A stretch of DNA of 11,200 bases from positions 1 through 11,200 of the forward strand of contig JBMYPC010000102.1 in NCBI GenBank assembly GCA_049599895.1. The letters are read 5' to 3'. The stretch's first letter is position 1; every line of letters begins with the position of its first letter. The position numbers and the translations under genes were made by a program. This document shows positions 7,801 through 11,200 of the stretch, in pieces. The stretch comes from Bacteriovoracaceae bacterium (lineage in GTDB: Bacteria; Bdellovibrionota; Bacteriovoracia; Bacteriovoracales; Bacteriovoracaceae). The notes beneath the pieces are model-generated. The model made no database searches. It had not been told where the DNA came from and saw only the letters and a program-made list of their open reading frames with translations.

Positions 7801-10792
7801 GAATCTCTGTTGCAGTTAATGGCTCGTCCCATATAGCAAATTCATCGAGAAGACCATCAAACCACTGTCTCCAATTATTGTAATTTCTTGTTCCTGTAAC
7901 AAGGTTTTGCGGACTATTAGCAACACCAAGGTTACCAATTCCGAAAAACACATCTCCATTATTTGTGGCGTAAACAGTAAAATCATCATAAGTCATAACA
8001 CCCTGAACTTCACCATTGAGGTAGAACTTAACTGTTTTCTTGTCCTTGTCTCCGACAACTACAGCATGATGCCATTGATTTAAAGTGATCATCTCTTTTG
8101 ATAATATTGATCGATTGATAGAACCATCATTGTTACGAACATAATATCTTGCATGGCCATTGGATAATAATCCCAAGTTAAACTGAGGATGAGCACCACT
8201 TCTTCTTCCAAAGATGATTGAGTTATTCGCCATTCCCCAATAATCAGAAGGATCCGGATCGGTTGCTCCATAATTTCGAGGATAGAACCAAAGAGAATAA
8301 GTAAAATGATTCGTATCTGAGTCAAGTGTCACAGGATGCTTGAAGGTGACGGAGTCTCCAGAACCATCAAAGTTTAAAGATTTTCCAATCTTTCCATCAA
8401 CATATTCAGCTTCATAACCACCACCATAAGGACTTCCCTTATAGGTTCCGTCATTTCCAATCGGAGAAACTAAAAAGTTCCCTTCATTAATTGTCCCAGT
8501 CCCTTCAAAGTCAAAGTATAATTTGATGTCTGAGTATCTTGGAGTCCAACTCGCATCAAGCGCTTGCCCTGCTTTTTTCTTTCCAACAAGCGTAAGCGCT
8601 CCATCTCGGTACTCCGTCCCGTTAAACTTTCCTCGCTTAAACTCTGCCTCAGTATCAACCTTAATATCCACAACCTCAGCTCTCGCCACACCCCCACTAT
8701 AATCCACATTCTCCTGGTTGCTATACTCAGAGGCCAAGCTAAAGTCATAGGTCTCTTTAAACGTAAGCTCAAACGTCTCATCTCCATCTTGAGAATCGAC
8801 AACTATGGCATTCCCTGCAATATCTGTTATGGAGTTATCACTATCATCAAGATCAAGCCTCACTCGCCCCGATCCTACAATCGATCCAAGCACCACATCA
8901 TACTCATCTGCTGATGCCGTAAGCTCAATATCGTTCACTGCTCCCGTCACTGTTCCAAGAAGCTTAGTAATCTCAAAATCTGTGGTCGCAACATTAGTCA
9001 CATCTTCATCAAACGTTACAGTGTATCGAACTTCATTGGCCGTGGTAGGATTAAGCTCTCCGGTCTTTCTCACGATACTTGCTACCGTCGGAGGCGTATT
9101 ATCAATCTCAATACTTCCACCCGATGTATAAGAAGTGCTGTTCATTAAATTCCCAGCAAGATCCGCCACATCGTTATCACCATCACTAAAATCTAATCGT
9201 AAAAGCCCGTCTCCAATCACAGAGTTCACCGTCACTCGATACACACTCGCGCTTGTTGCCGTCACCGTCGAGATCAACCCTCCAGCTGTTCCCGTCGCTG
9301 TAAGAGTAAAGTCATTCACCGCCACGTTTTGAACATCCTCACTAAATGTCACGATATAACTCACACTCACCTGGTTCGTTGGACTTGGGACAACTCCCTC
9401 TTTCACAATGGAAGTAATTGAAGGCCCAACTCTATCGATCGTAAACGTCTCATCCCCTGTCTTGGTTCCAAAACTTAAAGGCACGTTGACAAGATCTAAA
9501 ACCGGAGCATTGATATCGTAAAAGTCAACTCTAAGGGTCCCATCTCCAGAGATCCCATTCACCACTACTTCGTATCGTGTATTAGAAATTGTATTAAGCG
9601 TTGCAAGACTTCCTGTTGCCGTCCCCGTACTTGTCAGCACAAAGTCTTCAAGCATCACGTTTTGCATCCCTTCTGAATAGAGCATCTCAAACGTAACCGT
9701 CGAAGCCGTAGTTGGATTCGCCTCTCCTACTTTTCTTCTAATAATTAAATCATTCACTGAAAGCTCAAACTGAGTTGTCGTCACTCCCTCACCATCAGTT
9801 ACACTTAACTCAATGGGAACGATCCCCGCAGCGTTAAGCACAGGAGTGAAAGTTAGTGTACAGTTCTCAGTCAAACCTCCACCAATAACAATCCCCGCAT
9901 CTTGAAGAATCGTCTGATCAAGAGACTTTGCACTTACTGCATTTTGACACTGAAGGGTCGACTCCTCATCTGAAATAGAAAAGTGCATCTGAGACGAAGT
10001 GGAGTTCGAGCTCATGGTAAAGTCCGTCACACTTGAAAACTCTGGAAGGTCGTTAAAAAAGTTCACCACAATTTTCATATTGTGAGTTGTACTTCTCACT
10101 CCATCAGTTCCACTCATGGCAATTGTAGACTCACCAAGAACATTACTTTGAGTTGAGTAGTTTAAAAAACAATTGGGAACACTTCCTGAAACATACAGAT
10201 CCTGACTTCGAATCACAGCTTCGTTACTTGAACTCACTGTGAGATCTGAACAGCTCACTGATGTTTCGGGATCGTAAAACTTAACGGCAATGGGAACCAC
10301 TGGAGCGTCTTCGATAATATCAACCACAAGGGGTGCATCAATCACAGGAGCGTCTTCAGCTGCCGCGATAAAAACATTCACAACCGCTCTTGCTTTTTTA
10401 CCCGCAACCTCAACGTTAAACTCAACATAAGTTAAACCACTTTGATCTTGAACAGGAGTAAGCTGAACAATACAGTTTGGAGTGCTTCCATAAAACTGAA
10501 ATGAATCAGGAGTGACGATATTCGTTGCAAAAGTTTCAACTCTTGAAACCATCGCACAGCTCATCCCCGCTGGAATGTTTTCTGGAATAAAATTAATAAA
10601 CGGAGAAACTTGATCTTCTGAAATTGAAATACTACTTACGATATTGATTCCAGAAATTTTCTTTTGAACTCCACCACTTTCATCTTCACCTTGTCCGTTA
10701 GTTGCAACATCACCGGCCGGAACACAAGACAGTCCCACTAAAAGCAGAAGATAAGAAAGCGATGAAAGTAAAGGCCTTAAAAAACTATTCAC
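2..10792 (-). CDS. Giant (>3,597 aa, 3'-truncated by window edge) secreted multi-LamG / Ig-like repeat surface protein, putative adhesin lipoprotein
   Basis: Manual translation of one minus-strand frame is open from GTG (10790-10792) to the last full codon at 2-4. Frame was confirmed at anchors 10726, 8548, 7720, 6241, 4354, 2836, 1618 and 175. An in-frame TAG lies 4 codons upstream of the GTG, limiting the start. N-terminus is MNSFLRPLLSSLSYLLLLVGLSCVPAG. It contains eight LamG-like motif sets (e.g. GYWKFDG...W..WxHV...Y[LI][ND]G...G.IDE..[IV]W...L...EI...Y) and repeated Ig-like domains. Confidence 0.93.
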   Translation of the reverse strand, partial: MNSFLRPLLSSLSYLLLLVGLSCVPAGDVATNGQGEDESGGVQKKISGINIVSSISISEDQVSPFINFIPENIPAGMSCAMVSRVETFATNIVTPDSFQFYGSTPNCIVQLTPVQDQSGLTYVEFNVEVAGKKARAVVNVFIAAAEDAPVIDAPLVVDIIEDAPVVPIAVKFYDPETSVSCSDLTVSSSNEAVIRSQDLYVSGSVPNCFLNYSTQSNVLGESTIAMSGTDGVRSTTHNMKIVVNFFNDLPEFSSVTDFTMSSNSTSSQMHFSISDEESTLQCQNAVSAKSLDQTILQDAGIVIGGGLTENCTLTFTPVLNAAGIVPIELSVTDGEGVTTTQFELSVNDLIIRRKVGEANPTTASTVTFEMLYSEGMQNVMLEDFVLTSTGTATGSLATLNTISNTRYEVVVNGISGDGTLRVDFYDINAPVLDLVNVPLSFGTKTGDETFTIDRVGPSITSIVKEGVVPSPTNQVSVSYIVTFSEDVQNVAVNDFTLTATGTAGGLISTVTATSASVYRVTVNSVIGDGLLRLDFSDGDNDVADLAGNLMNSTSYTSGGSIEIDNTPPTVASIVRKTGELNPTTANEVRYTVTFDEDVTNVATTDFEITKLLGTVTGAVNDIELTASADEYDVVLGSIVGSGRVRLDLDDSDNSITDIAGNAIVVDSQDGDETFELTFKETYDFSLASEYSNQENVDYSGGVARAEVVDIKVDTEAEFKRGKFNGTEYRDGALTLVGKKKAGQALDASWTPRYSDIKLYFDFEGTGTINEGNFLVSPIGNDGTYKGSPYGGGYEAEYVDGKIGKSLNFDGSGDSVTFKHPVTLDSDTNHFTYSLWFYPRNYGATDPDPSDYWGMANNSIIFGRRSGAHPQFNLGLLSNGHARYYVRNNDGSINRSILSKEMITLNQWHHAVVVGDKDKKTVKFYLNGEVQGVMTYDDFTVYATNNGDVFFGIGNLGVANSPQNLVTGTRNYNNWRQWFDGLLDEFAIWDEPLTATEIQKIYYTQKDDFVPCDAEMTNCMSLSSDWTPKYDQIKLHNSFENIKSFQSGGKAESLIGPDGEITNLDANGLSAYPNRIGESLKLIDNDNRVVFNNLSIDQTTFSISFWLSLSQCPSAHEQSINTGTWGDFVFGISPNSSGNTSHCKIFVGTDSGNRIDVDDMVEHDNWNHFVFTFNNGTGTLYKDGVQVAQRSGMATAVDFSSLGVDLSRHGGTYYIDELALWDAVLDAADVQFIYQKQKGVLAGSYESQVFDLGMVGTWPNLSWETPRPSGKGLVPSGSSEATLYYPNLTQTSLSNGLKLYWNFDEQGGTWSGANSVIDRSGSGKHGSPAGSLYKKTHGMSGGALDLKRRNGRIEQAALGGESFWNTAFTSCVWAKYRDMADNQECTMSTNCSPAGTTPGWATKFDSAGLPKKATFLIGDGSTFTTLKSSERVHADQWTHLCVGFHNASDQMAIWVNGKKSVKSTALTGIDAGVNVFRISQSNLSRAINGLVDEVAVWDRYLSDNEIRELFERGLYNVEFQVRSCDDKLCDGESWQGYSGDSSTFFSELQNNTSLNFGFPNGNVKPEGPYLSLGSFPNSVSDNQYFQWRTILSANARYELCDTDSDGLYNNLCLPRLNWVSLKKRTGNVAAGPEENRYKGGSISFVSERSRSYEELLGFNASLSAGCGAFFQLSPDNGANFYYHDGGSWTSVTDDSIHRNTLADVNTNVGTFHTDLGNGVLKYKVVIESNTIDECLVDDIEIEALDSESPMVTRLYLSPDYVQSDSEVTYRVVFSKGVTGVATEDFEKVNLSGSLTSGGFTVTQINDAIYDVTLGGISGSGSLRVDFDDDNGTIQDLYGNVLGAGGTSIQGEYAYALGNKVWNFDDISELRSPSNLVEIDSGEVKKKKIDLKIDSKAEFDEGTHFGTYYDESDGRIKLLTSTSEKFDVDKILPLRAGNLKGYWKFDGNVLDSSGNGNHGTLFGDAHFTDGKLGTSISLDGSGDYIQIGTQDSIRLKRLKATYLAWIKTTNSAQQNVFDYDYFNPRLETSSGRLRVYFKNAGGGFLYPTQDNSLHSGEWKLVAYVFDGSKVRVYLDGENPGGTSSFALPVVNSATLFRIGKNSGSSGGFNGEIDEVSMWDTALTQEEIKLIFDTQKETKTADQTRLSADWTPKYGSILSYYPFDGDLNDVMGTNNCTQVNGTEDYEKGQIGQSQKVDGAERISCGSSFPTNGPRAFSMWLKHPLDGVSVDMAMSYLINGDDFAVGITTSNRITMRYGTDNSNVEISHFQSVGIKNTYAYPNEYFHLAVNLDEHKGIESVFINGRPLAAYATTSSYGAAGAGLYFADRGSSSRPWRGGIDEVAIFDEKLTPEEFKTIYVRQKTALGGIYTSKIYSRGHEDANWPIISWKSSRPTNKELLGNGQADLVTIYPKTIDSTGAFADSDLNDGLLGFWRFEETTDDTATGGNDIEDISGNGRHLFKIGATTYAEPGVLGNSHKLLHNSGAGTGQLKAATTFDGTLINGEITFCSWIKVDKDNMTSNYHVITRINNSNCKFSLNYRSTTNHMRVNILTDSSGWQNYSFSDSVNLGDQWQHLCVTRNLDGQTYDLYLNGKHSQSLTAGDRVNQLTGNHFIFIGPERDSTYAIQANFDETGYWSRKLHKDEIRNLYLRKANRLQFQVRSCDDPNCVGENWKGADGDNSYISELNNVDSSGNVKSEYPYIKFDDLNTGAMVGEYFQWRAILESDDENSLCDGICSPEISEVNLHSKTNHDVTLADVDEYMMGPVEFEVDEQISFSDLVSFDITTGGSCTPYFQLSNDGGDNYYYHNGSFWTDATDSEIHRNNLADLQNNLTSFVGDVGIGSFSYKVIFDEEDSSLSCSVTDLSIETFDQAEPNLVSITRRDGENEVTDTSATLFYTVKFDKEVSTPAIDDFTFTAVSGGVIGTILNPIRLDDGKTYTVRVQGLVGSGKVRLDLNDADKSIEDVYGQELSSNVQNGDETFSIKFEKQWSFAVPGNYTVSSGLEIVGGDAALKTVDLLTDDQTKFEAGELIGTVWDAYKETVTLGDDGTCDGTQMNCIELHSSWTPEWKNIVGYWKFDGNGDAGVGSDGTLVGDVGFTSPGKLGAGSATFDGAGDYVDTAQLGSNDRLSFSMWLKGDPTIANYGTVFANSWPNDNQFTLRKHSGQSKLYFGAKRDGVDRRSTFDFSFTIDRWQHVVVTYDKGAIKAYIDGVEVTTTSSTDGLGHASGKFQIGISNVGGTDRFWKGEIDDLAVWRGTVLSADNAKLIYEKQKQKFGGIVASEIFDMGDIVPWDAIGWKTPLAFGKEIPDNIHIEDPSSYSETIDSVNASGPSDLKDGLVGLWHMNGDGTDKSGYGNDFTGGTFDTDNKKFGSASLKSSANVSDDDSLDLPSNFTLSSWIYITDPGTVHADKPVSKWGNTADANFVMYIFGDNNGASSANKGRLTFYGNRGGAWGHMSSNYYFSEDEYNHWHHVVLSFDSGIGGQLYVNGKKKGGRVGPGALAVNGVPLKFAGGKHHLDEIALWERNLTDLEILDLYRRGANRIDIMTRSCNDSSCSGDAVEGPDGSKNSGFSEFYNNSSINGSDEPDGDILETFPYMSFDQFS
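1860..2200 (-). other. Bacterial Ig-like domain separating super-repeats 2 and 3
   Basis: DQAEPNLVSITRRDGE...YTVKFDKEVSTPAIDDF...GLVGSGKVRLDLNDADKSIEDVYGQ...GDETF. Confidence 0.75.
2200..5220 (-). repeat. Super-repeat unit 2: scaffold plus three LamG-like domains (~4987-4395, ~4336-3720, ~3524-2850)
   Basis: LKGYWKFDGNVLDSSGNGNHG...FNGEIDEVSMWDTALTQEEI; WRGGIDEVAIFDEKLTPEEF; GLLGFWRFEE...FDETGYWSRKLHKDEI. Scaffold motifs FQVRSCDDPNC, YFQWR and FQLSNDGGDNYYYHNG. Confidence 0.85.
5225..5560 (-). other. Bacterial Ig-like domain separating super-repeats 1 and 2
   Basis: DSESPMVTR...VTYRVVFSKGVTGVATEDF...GISGSGSLRVDFDDDNGTIQDLYGN, homologous to the domains at 8760-9745. Confidence 0.75.
5565..8760 (-). 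repeat. Super-repeat unit 1: scaffold plus three LamG-like domains (~8525-7780, ~7700-7082, ~6911-6257)
   Basis: LamG ends FDGLLDEFAIWDEPLTATEIQKIY, IDELALWDAVLDAADVQFIY and INGLVDEVAVWDRYLSDNEIRELF. Scaffold motifs FQVRSCDDKLC, YFQWR and FQLSPDNGANFYYHDG. Confidence 0.85.
8760..9745 (-). repeat. Three tandem bacterial Ig-like domains (~110 aa)
   Basis: NPTTASTVTFEMLYSE..NV..EDF, SPTNQVSVSYIVTFSEDVQNV..NDF...DLAGN, and NPTTANEVRYTVTFDEDVTNV..TDF...DIAGN. They share a GxGxxRxD motif. Boundaries approximate. Confidence 0.8.
9750..10650 (-). repeat. Three tandem ~100-aa cadherin/Ig-like domains, each with one Cys pair
   Basis: Aligned segments MSCAM...GSTPNCIVQLTP, VSCSD...GSVPNCFLNYS and LQCQN...GLTENCTLTFTP. 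Cadherin-like linkers EDAP and NDLP, with ED motifs (ISED, IIED) and TDG turns. Boundaries approximate. Confidence 0.7.
10724..10792 (-). other. N-terminal Sec signal peptide, probably lipoprotein type (Cys23)
   Basis: Basic residue R6, hydrophobic core LSYLLLLVGL, then S-C (Cys codon at 10724-10726), followed by a flexible G/D/E-rich tether (PAGDVATNGQGEDESGG). The lipobox VGLS-C is not fully canonical (Gly at -3). Confidence 0.65.
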
Positions 10793-10820
10793 AATACTAT
10801 ACTAAAGAAGCTCTCGGTTT

Positions 10821-10845
10821 ATAAAAAAAACAGCGACTTAGCTGT
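10821..10845 (-). terminator. Candidate intrinsic terminator / attenuator just upstream of the giant gene
   Basis: Minus-strand RNA reads ACAGC-UAAGUC-GCUGU-UUUUUUUAU: a 5-bp stem, 6-nt loop and a run of 8 U including the last stem base. The stem is short, so strength is uncertain. Confidence 0.45.
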
Positions 10846-10847
10846 AG

Positions 10848-10877
10848 GGCAAAAATACTGAAAACAGGCTTTTTGCC
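10848..10877. repeat. Inverted repeat / hairpin GGCAAAAA-TA-CTG-AAAA-CAG-GC-TTTTTGCC
   Basis: Perfect 8-bp outer arms (10848-10855 / 10870-10877) plus a 3-bp inner stem, read directly from the sequence. Confidence 0.7.
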
Positions 10878-10909
10878 ACAAATTGTTGTGGGCACAATTT
10901 CAATAAGAC

Positions 10910-10937
10910 TTATCGGGGGAACATCTTAAAATGTTTA
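10910..10937 (-). promoter_or_regulatory. Possible sigma28 (FliA)-type promoter
   Basis: Minus strand TAAA-N16-CCCGATAA versus the consensus TAAA-N15-GCCGATAA: 7/8 match at -10, spacer one base long, oriented toward the giant gene. Confidence 0.35.
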
Positions 10938-11108
10938 AGGATCGTTAATGTAGTTTCAATAGCTTAGATCAGACGAAGAAGCTCCCTAAGTCTCTGTTTT
11001 TATGTGAAAACCCTAAATAGTTAGAAATTTCAAGTGTCTGCCGTGGAGATGTTAGACATTTCAATAGACAAAATCTATTCATTCATCAATGGAACCAACT
11101 ATCTAAGC

Positions 11109-11144
11109 TATTTCGATATAGTATATATTTCGATATATAGTATA
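11109..11144. repeat. Tandem duplication TATTTCGATATAGTATA / TATTTCGATATATAGTATA
   Basis: Two adjacent copies (11109-11125, 11126-11144) differing only by one TA unit. Confidence 0.8.
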
Positions 11145-11149
11145 TAGTC

Positions 11150-11172
11150 GTACTGGTTTAAATTTCCAGTAC
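11150..11172. repeat. Perfect inverted repeat GTACTGG-N9-CCAGTAC
   Basis: 7-bp arms at 11150-11156 and 11166-11172 around the all-AT spacer TTTAAATTT. Confidence 0.7.
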
Positions 11173-11200
11173 TCAACTTTGTGAAGACCGGGCGCTGACG

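Noticed and set aside
5110..8590. Possible frameshifts at A/T homopolymer-rich spots (~8575, ~7085, ~5140)
   Set aside because: On re-reading, the frame stays open through each (GKKKAG, QKQKGV, VKKKKID) and anchors on both sides share the same frame.
528..9332. All 16 short ORFs in the supplied track (60-116 aa)
   Set aside because: Each lies wholly within the giant CDS, in another minus frame or antisense. None shows a recognisable domain, and their compositions are what shadow frames of this gene would give.
10846..10877. c-di-GMP-I (GEMM) riboswitch suggested by AGGGCAAA...GAAA
   Set aside because: It is on the strand opposite the gene and lacks the downstream GACGCAAAGC core and second stem.
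10863..10878. Sigma54 promoter on the minus strand (TGGCAAAAAGCCTGT)
   Set aside because: The -24 TGGCA matches but the near-invariant -12 GC is GT, and the segment is already explained as a hairpin arm.
10897..11067. CRISPR array suggested by (G/A)TTTCAAT, which resembles CRISPR repeat ends
   Set aside because: Shared sequence is too short, spacings are irregular (56, 74 and 31 nt), and there are no cas genes in view.
11151..11171. LexA SOS box (TACTG...CAGTA)
   Set aside because: Spacing is CTG-N11-CAG rather than the CTG-N10-CAG of the E. coli-type box.

Overview
Almost the whole window is one giant minus-strand reading frame that the supplied ORF track misses, probably because it has no stop codon inside the window. 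I translated it by hand from a GTG at 10790-10792 to the left edge and found no stop: at least 3,597 codons, C-terminus outside the window. It encodes a secreted, probably lipid-anchored surface protein or adhesin. The order is: signal peptide with Cys23, three Cys-paired cadherin/Ig-like domains, three bacterial Ig-like (DxAGN-type) domains, then three diverged super-repeats of about 0.9-1.1 kaa separated by single Ig domains. The super-repeats carry 3, 3 and 2 LamG/concanavalin-like (Laminin_G_3-type) domains, and the last LamG of each appears inserted inside a split beta-sandwich. All ORFs in the track are off-frame or antisense shadows of this gene. The last ~400 bp (10793-11200) look non-coding and hold a cluster of competing hairpins ending in a terminator-like stem plus U-tract about 30 nt before the start codon, a sigma28-like promoter candidate, and short repeats. 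The protein style suggests a diderm bacterium such as Bdellovibrionota, but that is only an impression. Domain names come from motif recognition, not database searches.
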